Shown here: one piece after another, positions 34,373 to 44,836 of the stretch
Layout: every line of letters starts with the position of its first letter
Numbering within the stretch: the stretch's first letter is position 1
Origin: Planctomycetota bacterium
GTDB taxonomy: Bacteria > Planctomycetota > SZUA-567 > H5-PLA8
DNA: 64,000 nt
Assembly: GCA_038227875.1 (NCBI GenBank)
Contig: JBBRPR010000042.1
Location: 1-64,000, forward strand
Reading direction: 5' to 3'
Notes under the pieces: generated by a model
Databases searched by the model: none
Told to the model about the DNA's origin: nothing
Seen by the model: only the letters and a program-made list of their open reading frames with translations
Position numbers and translations under genes: made by a program

Positions 34373-37300
34373 ATGCTTTATCGTAAGTTACTCGCCAGAC
34401 CCTTCGCGGGAGCGCTGCTGGCGCTATCCTGCGTCATGCTTACCAGCGTCACCGCATTGCGGGCACAGGACGCCGGCAACCGCGGCGTCGCGGACAGCAG
34501 TGTTCAGACTCTCGTCGGCGGCAACATCGGCGACGGCTCAACGACGCCGACCAGCGTCCCGCTGATCAGCCTGCAAGGCGGAGTGACGCGCGATTCAGCC
34601 GGCGCGATTTACTTCACCGAAAGCAATCGCATCCTGAAGCTCGCCGGCGGCACGCTCTCCGTTTTCGCTGGCTCTTCGAGCAGGGGCTACAGCGAAGCGA
34701 CCAAGGGCGCGGGCGCGCGATTCAACATTCCTACTCTGTTGACGATCGACCCGTCCAACAATGTCTACGTGTACGACAGCAGCAATGCCCGCATCCGCAA
34801 AATTGCCCCCGACGGTACCACCGCAACGGTGGCCGGAAACGGCGCGACCACGACGGGCATCGCCGATATCGGCCGCCCGGCCGTCGACGCACGCATGCCC
34901 GGCGTAAACGGCATCGCCGCAAATGCGGGTGGCGACGTCTTTTTCATTTCGAACACCACCAGCTGTCTCTATAAGGTGACGGCTTCCACCGGCCTGCTCT
35001 CGATCGTAGCCGGCAACGGTTCGACTGGCGCGCTGGCCACCGGCGCGGTTGCCGCTAATAACCCGCTGGGTGGAAATACGTTCACCGGCCTGGCGTTGCT
35101 GGGCGATGGCACGCCCATCTACGCGACAACCAACGCGATCCGTAATATCAAGGCCGACGGTACCAATGCAGTGATCGCAGGCGTCCTGGACGTCAACCCG
35201 GCCAGCGGCACGTTCAATCTTCCAGCCACTCAGTCGCCGCTGTTCCCCGACGACGGTACGAAGAACGCGCTCCAGACGTATAACTCCGCGTCAGGCACAC
35301 CGCCCAATGTCATCGGCAATGTCGGCGGCATCTCGCCAACATCACTGTCCGTGGACGGCGCGACGATCTATTTCCTCGACCTTGGCGTACGCCGCATTCG
35401 CAGCTTTACTGTGGGCGGAACGATTCAGACCGTCTTTGGAGAACGCAGCGAAGGCGGCTTTACCACCGCCGGCGGTTTCCGCGGCAACAACAGCCCGGCG
35501 GCCACGAACACGCCGCGGTTGGGTGTTGTTGTTACTGCCGGCCCCGACAACGTCCTTGCGGGAGGCACCACTCCTGGAGGAGACGATGTCATCGACAATA
35601 CGTCCCGGCCAGGTCGAATTTTCTCTGGTCCTAACGGCATTGCCAATGCGCCCACCCTTACCAGTGACGACGTTCTCGCGGTACCCACGGGCACGGCCGT
35701 CGCCGACGACCAGACCCCTCGCAACGACGATCCCAAGCTGAGCACCAGCGTCTCAATCACGCTGGTCGCCGCTGGTGGCGTGGTGACCTTCTCCGATGTC
35801 GGCAACTCCATTGTTCGGCAGTTCACTGTCGGAGGTAATGTCACCACGGTTGCGGGAGCGACGGTTCCATTCCGCAACTTTAACGTTACCGCACCGTCTG
35901 CCATTAACTTTCAGTCAGTCAGCGATTCCGTGGCTGTGCCCGCAACCAATGCCGCCATTTTTGCACCCAACCAGGTTGCGCATGATGCGGCCGGCAACGT
36001 CTACTTCGACGCCGATGACGCCATCAGCGGCGGAAAGCATAAAATTTACAAGTACGATGCCGCCGCCAAGACGGTGACATGCATCGCAGGACCCGCTCTG
36101 ACGAATGGCTTCCCGACCAACGGCGGCGATGGCGGCCCCGCTGCCAATGCACTGCTGACCGGACTCGGTTCGCAACTGGGCGTTCTCGCCGACGGAACTG
36201 TGCTCTTTGCCGATAGTGTAGTGGGCGGCGTCACCACCCATACTGTTCGCGCCGTCAGTCCTGCGGGAGTGCTTAGCACCATCGCCGGAATCCCGACTGT
36301 TTCAGGCAACAAGCCGCCAGACCTTGATCTGACGTTGGTGAACGCTGCAGGCGCGCCCGTTGTCACCAACCGCGTGGGGCAGAAGCCCTTGGCCGTTCCG
36401 TTCAACCATCCCGACGCGGCCGTCGGCACGACGGTCAACGACTTCGCCGTGGCGGACACCAACAACGGTGTGGTTGTGATTGTGGCTGGCGGAGTGATCA
36501 CCCAGGAAATCAATCCGGGCGTCTCGCCGGTATACATGACGCAGATCGGAACAAACGTCTTCGTCGCCGGTGCTGGCAGCAATCAAGTTTCCAAGATTAA
36601 CTTGAGCACCACGCCGGCCACGGTGACTGCGGGTTTCATTCCAGCGGCGGCTGCCGGCACGGTGAACGTTACGGGCGACACCACCAATGGCAGTGCTATA
36701 TTTACTAACGTATCATCCACTGCCGGGTTATCTCCCGGCGACACGTTGAACGCGGCCGTACAGGGTATTCCAGCAGGTTCGATCATCCTTGCGGTCACGT
36801 TGAATACGATCACGATGAATGCCAGTGCCACCGCGTCCGTTGCCGCAAACGCCATCGCGTTTACGCATAATGTCGGTGGCAACGTGCGCGGACTTGCGGG
36901 CGGCACCAATGGCCTGTTCGTGCTGGGCGCAAACGGTAGTGTCACCCTTTATTCCACCGCCTCCCTCTCCACGGGTGCCGGTGCTGTGCAGTACCTGTTC
37001 GCCGCAACCGCCAACCCGACGACTGGATTGGCTGTCTCCGGAACGACCGTGGCATTTGCAGAAACCGCCGGCGGGTCGGGTTTCATCAAGCAGTTCACCG
37101 ACACCGGCAGCATCTCGCCGGCGCCAACAGTCTCCATCGTCGCAGGCTCGTTCACCAACGTCGTCAGCAACGGTTTCAACCTTCAGGCACATCTGACCTT
37201 CTCGGCATTTTCGCCGCTGGCGATCAGCGGCACGAAGTTCATCTCGGGTGACGATGCAGTAAAGCAAATTCGCCTGATCACGCCCGGAATTCCCGCACCC

Positions 37301-38941
37301 AATTCCACCGCCACGGTCTTTGCCGGAGCAGGTTCCGAACGCAACGGCGGTCTTGACGGTGAACCGGCCTTGAATGCCGCGGACATCAGCTCTGTTGGCG
37401 GCATCGCGGTCGATTCGACGGGTGCGGTCTTCTTCAGTGATCAGAGCGTCAACACCATCCGCAGCATCTCCGGCGGTACGATCAATACGATTGCCGGAGT
37501 CCCGGGTGTTACTCTTCCGAGTACGTCTACTGTCGTGGATGGCCCGGCTCTCAACACGTTCTTCAGCAAACCCGCCGGTCTCGCATTCAATGGTGCGGAC
37601 GCCTCAGCGCTGTTCGTCTGCGATCAGAGCAACAATGTCGTCCGCAAGATTTCACCCACGGACGGCACGGGAACGGTCACCCGGTTCGCCGGAGTGGTTG
37701 GCGACGGCGCTGGCGCGGGCGGTGATCAGTCCACGGCCCTGACTGCACGCCTGGATCTGCCCGTAGGCTGCGTCTTTGACGGCGCGGGTAATTTGTATAT
37801 CGCTGACCAGGGTAGTTCAGGTGCGGGCAAGCGTGTTCATGTTGTCAGCAAGGCTGGGATCATGACGCAACTCGGTGGAGGCGGCGCCAATATTCCCACG
37901 TATCTGCCAATTCCGGCAATCGAGACCGATTTTGCCATGACCGGTATTGCGATCGATACGGGTGGTAAAGTTTATCTCCCCAACGGTCAGTGCTTCATTA
38001 CGCGCATCGCCGGGGGTAATGCACAGCTCGTCGTCGGCGACCCGCTGATCCAAGGCTTCAACGGTGATGGTCTGTCCGGCTACAACACACTGCTCAAACA
38101 GCCTACGGCGGCGACGTTCTCCACCGTGCTCGGCTTGGTCTTCACTGACAAGGGTAACGACCGCGTGCGCGCCGTGACCAACCTCGGTGAAGGCACGAAC
38201 TCGCCGCCCGTCGCGGTGATCGCGGCCAACCCTGATCATCTCGGCACGGCGCCGTTCAAGGTTGTGCTCAACGGCACAGGTTCGACCGACGACGACGGTG
38301 ACATCGTCACCTATGAATGGGACTTCGGCGATGGCACCAAGGGCTATGGTCCGTCGGTGGAGAAGGTCTACCCAACCATGGGTGCCTACCCGGTGACGCT
38401 GACGGTGACCGACACCGCCGGCAACACCAGCACCGCCGCACTGACGGTCTTCTCGGCGCTGCCGCTGCTGGCTTCCGATACGACCGGCAAGGGCTCGTTC
38501 ACGGTTGGGTTCGCCAAGAAGGCTGGCAACGATTCGTTCTCGATCCAGCTCAAGGGCGTTCACAGTCTGAAGAACGAGACCGGCAAGCCGTTCACGTGCT
38601 TCATCGGACCGTTCTCCGCGACTGGCACCATCGGCGGCAAGGGAGTCAAGCCACCGAAGAAGCCCAAGCCGCAGGTCAGTTCCTTGAAGGGTGCGAAGGC
38701 GTCCATCACCTGCTCGCTGGACCCCACCAAGGGCACCGTCTCCGTGGCCGTCAAGGGCGCCAACCTGGGACCGGCGTTCAAGACGTTCGGCGTCAATAAT
38801 GAAAACTCCATCGGTGGCCGCACGGCCACCGTGCCGATTGTCCTCACCATCAATAACGGTGATCTGGTCATCGGCGACAAGCTGCTCTTCCCCTATAAGA
38901 GTAAGTACAACAGCAGCGCGCAGGGCAAGTTCTCGCAGTGA
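34373..38941 (+). CDS. Large exported NHL-repeat (teneurin-like beta-propeller) protein with PKD domain and basic C-terminal domain
   Basis: Signal peptide; repeated NHL motifs (NVYVYDSSNARIRKI, GNLYIADQ, TVAGNG); PKD motif IVTYEWDFGDG...YPVTLTVTD. Confidence 0.88.
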   Translation: MLYRKLLARPFAGALLALSCVMLTSVTALRAQDAGNRGVADSSVQTLVGGNIGDGSTTPTSVPLISLQGGVTRDSAGAIYFTESNRILKLAGGTLSVFAGSSSRGYSEATKGAGARFNIPTLLTIDPSNNVYVYDSSNARIRKIAPDGTTATVAGNGATTTGIADIGRPAVDARMPGVNGIAANAGGDVFFISNTTSCLYKVTASTGLLSIVAGNGSTGALATGAVAANNPLGGNTFTGLALLGDGTPIYATTNAIRNIKADGTNAVIAGVLDVNPASGTFNLPATQSPLFPDDGTKNALQTYNSASGTPPNVIGNVGGISPTSLSVDGATIYFLDLGVRRIRSFTVGGTIQTVFGERSEGGFTTAGGFRGNNSPAATNTPRLGVVVTAGPDNVLAGGTTPGGDDVIDNTSRPGRIFSGPNGIANAPTLTSDDVLAVPTGTAVADDQTPRNDDPKLSTSVSITLVAAGGVVTFSDVGNSIVRQFTVGGNVTTVAGATVPFRNFNVTAPSAINFQSVSDSVAVPATNAAIFAPNQVAHDAAGNVYFDADDAISGGKHKIYKYDAAAKTVTCIAGPALTNGFPTNGGDGGPAANALLTGLGSQLGVLADGTVLFADSVVGGVTTHTVRAVSPAGVLSTIAGIPTVSGNKPPDLDLTLVNAAGAPVVTNRVGQKPLAVPFNHPDAAVGTTVNDFAVADTNNGVVVIVAGGVITQEINPGVSPVYMTQIGTNVFVAGAGSNQVSKINLSTTPATVTAGFIPAAAAGTVNVTGDTTNGSAIFTNVSSTAGLSPGDTLNAAVQGIPAGSIILAVTLNTITMNASATASVAANAIAFTHNVGGNVRGLAGGTNGLFVLGANGSVTLYSTASLSTGAGAVQYLFAATANPTTGLAVSGTTVAFAETAGGSGFIKQFTDTGSISPAPTVSIVAGSFTNVVSNGFNLQAHLTFSAFSPLAISGTKFISGDDAVKQIRLITPGIPAPNSTATVFAGAGSERNGGLDGEPALNAADISSVGGIAVDSTGAVFFSDQSVNTIRSISGGTINTIAGVPGVTLPSTSTVVDGPALNTFFSKPAGLAFNGADASALFVCDQSNNVVRKISPTDGTGTVTRFAGVVGDGAGAGGDQSTALTARLDLPVGCVFDGAGNLYIADQGSSGAGKRVHVVSKAGIMTQLGGGGANIPTYLPIPAIETDFAMTGIAIDTGGKVYLPNGQCFITRIAGGNAQLVVGDPLIQGFNGDGLSGYNTLLKQPTAATFSTVLGLVFTDKGNDRVRAVTNLGEGTNSPPVAVIAANPDHLGTAPFKVVLNGTGSTDDDGDIVTYEWDFGDGTKGYGPSVEKVYPTMGAYPVTLTVTDTAGNTSTAALTVFSALPLLASDTTGKGSFTVGFAKKAGNDSFSIQLKGVHSLKNETGKPFTCFIGPFSATGTIGGKGVKPPKKPKPQVSSLKGAKASITCSLDPTKGTVSVAVKGANLGPAFKTFGVNNENSIGGRTATVPIVLTINNGDLVIGDKLLFPYKSKYNSSAQGKFSQ

Positions 38942-38947
38942 TCCACG

Positions 38948-39025
38948 CAGACCTTTGTGCCTTTGGGCACAAAGGTCTGTCTTCATCCTCAAAGACGAAA
39001 AACGGGGCTCAATGCCCCGTTTTTC
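38948..39025 (+). terminator. Hairpin followed by an intrinsic terminator
   Basis: CAGACCTTTGTGCC-tttg-GGCACAAAGGTCTG, then GAAAAACGGGGC-tcaat-GCCCCGTTTTTC. Confidence 0.8.
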
Positions 39026-39090
39026 ATTTCTTGAATGTTCGCCTTTTAGCGGCGTCTGGACTTCATGAGGCTTATGGGTTATCTTAAATA

Positions 39091-39480
39091 GTGATGAAAG
39101 TGCGCGTGTCCGGACTATTTCTTTTGCTGTCGCTGGGCATCGGCATCGTTCCCAACGGAATCTGCCCGGGGTGTATCACGCCGTACTGCCTGTTCAAAGA
39201 TGCGCCGAAGACATTGGAATGCGCGTGCTGCGCAGCTCCAGCGCCCGCCACGTCCGACGCTCAAATGAAGGACGGGAAGAAGTGCTGCTTCCTCCTGCCG
39301 CTCGTCGTCCACTCCGCGCATGTCTCCGTACCGAACTTTGCCGTCATCGATCACGGTCCTGAAGTTCCGCCCATTGCCGCAGAAAGAATTCTGCTGCAGC
39401 GCGACACCAAGCCGGAGCTTCATCTCACCGGACCGCCTCAACACGGATTATTTCTGTCTAATCACGCCTTCCTGATCTGA
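39091..39480 (+). CDS. Small Cys-rich protein, first gene of the export operon
   Basis: Hydrophobic N-terminus, CPGC, CACC, KCC, C-terminal TGPP...LFLSNHAFLI. Confidence 0.6.
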   Translation: MMKVRVSGLFLLLSLGIGIVPNGICPGCITPYCLFKDAPKTLECACCAAPAPATSDAQMKDGKKCCFLLPLVVHSAHVSVPNFAVIDHGPEVPPIAAERILLQRDTKPELHLTGPPQHGLFLSNHAFLI

Positions 39481-39581
39481 TTCTCCATCCTCTCCCCTGG
39501 CAACTCCGGCATCACCAGGTGCTGGGGTCGCTCGTTTTTCGTGGTGGCAAATTTGCCACCATGGACCGGCTCGCAGAGAGG

Positions 39582-41192
39582 ATGTGCGTTGTGTCTGAAC
39601 CCCCAGCCCAAGCCGACCTGAGCATCTTTACGTCCACGCACCGGAGAGACGCGGATTCCGCTCCCATTCCCATGCCCGCCTCGCGGTGGCGCACGCGCGT
39701 GCTGCTACCGGCAGTGATCCTTGCGCTTTTCGCCGGCGTGCTGCTTTACGCCGCTCGCGATGCGCTGCTGCCAGCGACAGAAGTTCGTGTCGCGCCGGTG
39801 GTCTCAAAAGCGGTCTCCGGTTCGGCCGGCAGCGTCGCGTTCCAGGCGGCCGGGTGGGTCGAGGCCGATCCGTTCAGCACGTACGCGTCGGCGCTGACCG
39901 ATGGTGTGTTGAAGGAAGTGCTGGTGCTGGAAGGCCAGCACGTCACGGCTGGTCAGGTGGTCGGAAAACTGATCGACGACGAAGCGAAAATCGCGCTCGC
40001 CCGCGCGGAGGCGGATATGCGCCAGCGGCAGGCGGAAATCCGCGTCGCCGACGCAACGCTGGCGGCCGCCAAAGCGCAGTGGGAAAATCCCATCGAACGC
40101 CAGCGTGCGGTGGCCGTGGCCGAAAGCATGCTGCTGGAAATTCAAGCCAACATCGCCAAGCGCGAAGGCGACATCGCGGTCGAAAAAGCACGCGCCGACG
40201 AACTGCGCGACACGTATACCCGCGAGCTGGAATTGAGCAAAGCGCGCGCGGTCGCCGAAGGTCAACGCATTCAGACCGGATTGAAATTGAAGACGCAGGA
40301 AGCGCTGGTCGAAGCCGCCGAGCGCGACTTGCAGGTACTCGCCGCAAAACTCAAAACCCAGGAAGCCGAACGCACCGCCGCGAAGGAAAATCTCCGGCTG
40401 CGCATTTCCGAGAAAAAAGATCTCGCCGCCGCCGAGGCTGCTCTGCAGCAGGCGCAGGCCGCGCTGGAAACCGCCACTGCGATGCGCGACGACGCGCGTT
40501 TGCGTCTGGAACGCATGGAGATCCGCACGCCGATTTCCGGCGTGGTGCAGGAACGCTTCGTCGAGCCGGGAACAAAGATGATGCTCTCGGCCAACGAGAT
40601 GCATTCCAATCATGTCGTGCGAATCTACGATCCCGAAAAACTCCAGGTCCGCGTCGATGTCCCGCTGGCTGACGCCGCGCGCGTCGGGGCCGGACAGGAC
40701 GTGACGCTCGTCGTCGATGTGCTTCGCGATACGACGTTCAAAGGCAAGGTTACGCGCATCCTCGACCAGGCCGACATCCAGAAGAACACGCTGCAGGTCA
40801 AGGTCGCGATCGAACATCCCGTGGCGGAATTGAAACCCGAGATGCTCGCTCGCGTGCAGTTCCTCGCCACAGCCACCGAAAGCAAAAGCGGTGCGGCGAA
40901 GGAGCGCGAGCGTCTCTTCGCGCTCAGCAGCGCGCTGCAACGCGATGGCGCGAAAGCCACGGCGTGGATTGTCGATAAGGGCGGCCACACCGCGTGGCGT
41001 AAAAACGTTTCGGTCGGTTCCGGCCGGCTCGGGGAGTGGGTGGAGATCACGGAAGGTCTGCAGCCCGGCGATGCGCTGATCGCCGGCGACACCTCGCGGT
41101 TGCACGACGGCGAGCGCGTGCGGATCGCGGGCGAAGTGGACACGTCCGCCGCGGCGCCTGCCGAAATGGGAGGCGACCATGGCGCTCATTGA
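39582..41192 (+). CDS. Efflux periplasmic adaptor (membrane fusion protein, HlyD/MacA-like)
   Basis: TM anchor, AAGWVE, EVLVLEGQHVTAGQVV lipoyl-like motif, long coiled coil, IRTPISGVV, EITEGLQPGD; start uncertain. Confidence 0.9.
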   Translation: MCVVSEPPAQADLSIFTSTHRRDADSAPIPMPASRWRTRVLLPAVILALFAGVLLYAARDALLPATEVRVAPVVSKAVSGSAGSVAFQAAGWVEADPFSTYASALTDGVLKEVLVLEGQHVTAGQVVGKLIDDEAKIALARAEADMRQRQAEIRVADATLAAAKAQWENPIERQRAVAVAESMLLEIQANIAKREGDIAVEKARADELRDTYTRELELSKARAVAEGQRIQTGLKLKTQEALVEAAERDLQVLAAKLKTQEAERTAAKENLRLRISEKKDLAAAEAALQQAQAALETATAMRDDARLRLERMEIRTPISGVVQERFVEPGTKMMLSANEMHSNHVVRIYDPEKLQVRVDVPLADAARVGAGQDVTLVVDVLRDTTFKGKVTRILDQADIQKNTLQVKVAIEHPVAELKPEMLARVQFLATATESKSGAAKERERLFALSSALQRDGAKATAWIVDKGGHTAWRKNVSVGSGRLGEWVEITEGLQPGDALIAGDTSRLHDGERVRIAGEVDTSAAAPAEMGGDHGAH

Positions 41193-41889
41193 ATGCCGCA
41201 AACTCACCAAGACCTACACGCGCGGCGAGAACACGATCACGCCGTTGCAGGAACTCGATTTGAACATCGAAACCGGAACGTTCCTGGCGTTGATGGGACC
41301 CTCCGGCAGCGGCAAGACGACGCTGCTGAACCTGATCGCCGGGATCGACCAGCCCACGTCGGGCAAGCTCATCATCGGCGGACACGAATTGACGGGGATG
41401 TCGCGGTCGGCGCTGGCGGCGTGGCGCTCAGAGTACATCGGGTACATTTTTCAGCTCTACAATCTCGTGCCGGTGCTGACCGCGTACGAAAATGTGGAAC
41501 TACCGCTGCTGCTGCACAGCTATTCGGCAAAAGAACGCCACGCGAAGGTGACGCTGGCGCTGGAACTGGTGGGCTTGAGCGGGCGGCACGATCACTTCCC
41601 GCGCCAGCTCAGCGGTGGACAGGAGCAGCGTGTCGCGATCGCGCGTGCGATCGTCGCTGACCCAAAGATCATCGTCGCCGACGAACCCACCGGCGATCTC
41701 GACGCCACCGCCGCCGCGGCCACGATGGCCTTGCTGCAGCGCTTGAACGCCGAATTCAAAAAAACGCTGATCATGGTTACGCACGATCCGAAAACCGCCG
41801 CGTGCGCCGGTCAGGTGCTCCATCTTGAGAAAGGCCGGCTGGTCGAAAGCGCGACGGGGACGACGGGGGTGGCACATGCTGCCTCTTAA
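41179..41889 (+). CDS. ABC transporter ATP-binding protein (LolD/MacB-like)
   Basis: GPSGSGKT, LSGGQEQRVAIARA, ADEPTGDLD, MVTHD. Confidence 0.95.
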   Translation: MALIECRKLTKTYTRGENTITPLQELDLNIETGTFLALMGPSGSGKTTLLNLIAGIDQPTSGKLIIGGHELTGMSRSALAAWRSEYIGYIFQLYNLVPVLTAYENVELPLLLHSYSAKERHAKVTLALELVGLSGRHDHFPRQLSGGQEQRVAIARAIVADPKIIVADEPTGDLDATAAAATMALLQRLNAEFKKTLIMVTHDPKTAACAGQVLHLEKGRLVESATGTTGVAHAAS

Positions 41890-43030
41890 ATTTGTTCCGC
41901 TGGTGTTGAAGCAGGTCTACCGGCAGCGCACGCGCAGCGCGCTGACGGCCTGTGGCGTGGCGACGGCGATGTTCCTCTTCTGCATCATCGAAGCGATGCA
42001 ATCGGGGATGCGCCAGGCAACGGAAGCCAACGCCGCCGACACCACGCTGATCGTCTACCGCGAGAGCCGCTTCTGTCCGTTCACCAGCCGGCTGCCGGAG
42101 CGCTACCTCGAGCGGATACTCACTGTGCCGGGGGTGAAAAGCGCGGAGCCGATGAAAATTGTGGTGAGTAACTGCCGCGCGAGCCTGGATGTGGTCACGT
42201 TTCGCGGTGTGCGCCCCGACCTTTTCGCCAGCGCACACGCACCAAGCCTGAACGTCACCGCCGGCAGCGTCGCCGATTGGGAAGCGCGTTCCGATGCCGC
42301 ACTGTTGGGAAAAACGCTGGCCGCGCGGCGCGGATTGAAAGTCGGAGACCGCTTCGACGCCAACGGCATCACTGTGGCCGTCGCCGCGATTTTCGATTCC
42401 AACGAGCCACAGGACCTGAACGTCGCGTACGTTCATCTTGACTTTTTGCAGCGCGCGCCGGGGATCAAGCAACTGGGCGTCGTGACGGAATTCAGCGTCA
42501 AAGTCGACGACCCGCGCAACGTCAAACGCGTCAGCGACGCGATCGACGCGGAGTTCAAGAGCGAACAGGACCCGACGCAGACGCGCTCGGAAAAAGCATT
42601 CGTGGCGCGCGCGGCCGGGGATCTGCTCGAGTTGATCGGCTTCACGCGCTGGCTGGGGCTCGGCTGCGTGGCGGCGGTGCTGGCTCTGGTGGCCAACACG
42701 GTGGTGCTCTCCGTCCAGGATCGCGTCCGCGAACACGCCGTGCTTCAAACGCTCGGTTTTCAAAGCGGCCTGATCGCGCGGCTGATTGTGTGCGAGGGCA
42801 TTGTGCTGAGCCTGCTCGGCGGCGTGGCGGGGATCGTGCTGGCCTGCGCGGCGCTTCAATGGGGGCGCTTCAGTCTTTCCAACGAAGGTTTGAGCATCAA
42901 CTTCGAAGCGTCGCTGGGCTTGTTTGCGCGGGGCATGCTGGTGACTGGCGCGCTGGGCGTGCTCGCAGGCCTCGTGCCGGCGTGGCAGGCCTCACGGCGT
43001 GAAATTGTATCGTCGTTCCGGGCAGTCTGA
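41876..43030 (+). CDS. ABC transporter permease (MacB/FtsX-like)
   Basis: RTRSALT + TM, periplasmic domain, DRVREHAVLQTLGF, PAWQASR. Confidence 0.92.
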   Translation: MLPLKFVPLVLKQVYRQRTRSALTACGVATAMFLFCIIEAMQSGMRQATEANAADTTLIVYRESRFCPFTSRLPERYLERILTVPGVKSAEPMKIVVSNCRASLDVVTFRGVRPDLFASAHAPSLNVTAGSVADWEARSDAALLGKTLAARRGLKVGDRFDANGITVAVAAIFDSNEPQDLNVAYVHLDFLQRAPGIKQLGVVTEFSVKVDDPRNVKRVSDAIDAEFKSEQDPTQTRSEKAFVARAAGDLLELIGFTRWLGLGCVAAVLALVANTVVLSVQDRVREHAVLQTLGFQSGLIARLIVCEGIVLSLLGGVAGIVLACAALQWGRFSLSNEGLSINFEASLGLFARGMLVTGALGVLAGLVPAWQASRREIVSSFRAV

Positions 43031-43041
43031 AGAGGCCTTGC

Positions 43042-44202
43042 ATGAAACTGTTGCCATGGGAATACGCTGTCCGTAATCTGCGCCGCCACCCGCTGCGGCT
43101 GAGTCTCAGTGTGGCCGCGTGCGTACTGGTCGTGCTGATGATCATGAGTGCCGCCGCATTCGTGCGCGGCATGGAGAAGAGCATGCAATTGAGCGGCGGC
43201 GAGAAAAACGTGCTGCTGATCGGCGCGGGGAGCGAAGAGAGCTTGGAGCGCAGCGAGATCACGCCCAGCGCGGCGGGGATCGCGGCGGCGAGCATCGATG
43301 GCATCAAGACGCGGCTGGGCGTGCCGTACGTTTCGCCGGAAGTTCACATGGCCACGTTGGTGAAACTGGACCGCGGCGACGAGCGCACACTGCTCACGCT
43401 CTTTCGCGGCATCACCTCGACGGCGTTCCTGGTCCATCCGCAGGTGCGAATCACGTCCGGCCGCGCGCCGGGGCAGAATGAAATTCTCGTCGGCAAACTC
43501 GCCTCGGCAAAAATGGGCGTCCCCGATGACCGCCTCGCCGTTGGCAAAACGCTCTGGATGGACGGCCGCACCTGGACCGTCAGCGGCCGCTTCGAAGCGC
43601 CGGGCACAGTGATGGAAGCCGAGCTCTGGTGCCCGTTGAAAGACTTGCAGCTGGCCGCCAAGCGCGACAATCTGTCCTGCATCGTCATCTCTCTTGGCAC
43701 GGCGGAGCTCGCCGACGTGAAGTACTTCTGCCAGCAGCGACTCGACCTGGAAATCGTCGCGCTGCCGGAAGCGGAATATTACGGCAAGCTTTTGAAGTTC
43801 TACCGGCCGGTGCAGAGCGTGGTGTGGATCACCGCGATCCTGATTGCGCTCGGCGGATTGTTTGGCGGCTTGAATACGATGTACGCGGCGTTCGCGGCGC
43901 GCATCCGGGAACTGGGCACGCTCCAGGCGATCGGTTTTTCGCGCGCCGCAATCATCGTCAGTTTGATCCAGGAATCGCTGCTGGCGTGCGCCGCCGGTTC
44001 GTTGCTGGCTGCTCTCGTCGGCGTGATTCTGCTCGATGGATTCGCGGTGCGTTTTTCAATGGGGGCGTTTGGAATGGCGATGGACGGGCCGGTGCTCGCG
44101 GTCGGGTTGACGTCCGGATTGGCGCTGGGTCTGTTCGGTGCGTTGCCTCCGGCGTGGCGCTGTCTGCGCATGCCGGTGGCGGAATCGTTGAAGGCGTCGT
44201 GA
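43042..44202 (+). CDS. ABC transporter permease (MacB/FtsX-like)
   Basis: YAVRNLRR + TM, RIRELGTLQAIGF, PPAWRCLR. Confidence 0.92.
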   Translation: MKLLPWEYAVRNLRRHPLRLSLSVAACVLVVLMIMSAAAFVRGMEKSMQLSGGEKNVLLIGAGSEESLERSEITPSAAGIAAASIDGIKTRLGVPYVSPEVHMATLVKLDRGDERTLLTLFRGITSTAFLVHPQVRITSGRAPGQNEILVGKLASAKMGVPDDRLAVGKTLWMDGRTWTVSGRFEAPGTVMEAELWCPLKDLQLAAKRDNLSCIVISLGTAELADVKYFCQQRLDLEIVALPEAEYYGKLLKFYRPVQSVVWITAILIALGGLFGGLNTMYAAFAARIRELGTLQAIGFSRAAIIVSLIQESLLACAAGSLLAALVGVILLDGFAVRFSMGAFGMAMDGPVLAVGLTSGLALGLFGALPPAWRCLRMPVAESLKAS

Positions 44203-44218
44203 GTCGTATTGGGTTTTA

Positions 44219-44244
44219 ACCAGGTAACAAATTTGTTACCTGGT
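44219..44244. repeat. Perfect 26-bp palindrome
   Basis: ACCAGGTAACAAA|TTTGTTACCTGGT. Confidence 0.8.
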
Positions 44245-44280
44245 CGATGTCGCGAAATGTAGAAGGAAAAGGAGACGTCC

Positions 44281-44835
44281 ATGAAAACAGTGTGTGCAGT
44301 GATGATGTTCGGCGTAGCCGTGTTGGCGCTGTCGGGTTGCGGAGAGGCCCAGAAACCTGCGGCGCCCGTCGACGTCCCGAAATCCGCGCCGTTGCCGTCG
44401 GGATTCATTCTGAAGGAAGCTCCCGCAGGCGCGAAGGATGTGGGCGCGACGAAGGCGACGGCGAAGGAAGGCGACGAGATCGTGATTCGAGGCCAGATCG
44501 GCGGCTCGCCCAAGGACGTCTTCAATCCCGGCCGCGCGTCGTTCTCCATCGCCGACATGAAGCTGCCGGCCTGCAGCACGAAGCCCGGCGACAAATGCGA
44601 GACGCCGTGGGACTTCTGTTGCGAAACGCCGGAAACGCTCAGCGCCAACACCGCGATGATTCAGTTCACCGATGCCGACGGCAAGATTCTCAAAAACGAT
44701 GTGCGCGGAGCCAACGGCATCGAGTATCTCAGCGTCGTCGTGGTCAAAGGCAAAGTGGCCAAGCGCGAAGGTCCGAATCTGCTGGTGAACGCGACGGGTG
44801 TGTTTGTTGAGAAAACGGTGCCGCTGCCGCATTGA
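44281..44835 (+). CDS. Lipoprotein with a Cys cluster (possible OB-fold)
   Basis: Lipobox LSGC; ACSTKPGDKCETPWDFCCE; AAGGAG SD. Confidence 0.8.
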   Translation: MKTVCAVMMFGVAVLALSGCGEAQKPAAPVDVPKSAPLPSGFILKEAPAGAKDVGATKATAKEGDEIVIRGQIGGSPKDVFNPGRASFSIADMKLPACSTKPGDKCETPWDFCCETPETLSANTAMIQFTDADGKILKNDVRGANGIEYLSVVVVKGKVAKREGPNLLVNATGVFVEKTVPLPH

Positions 44836-44836
44836 A

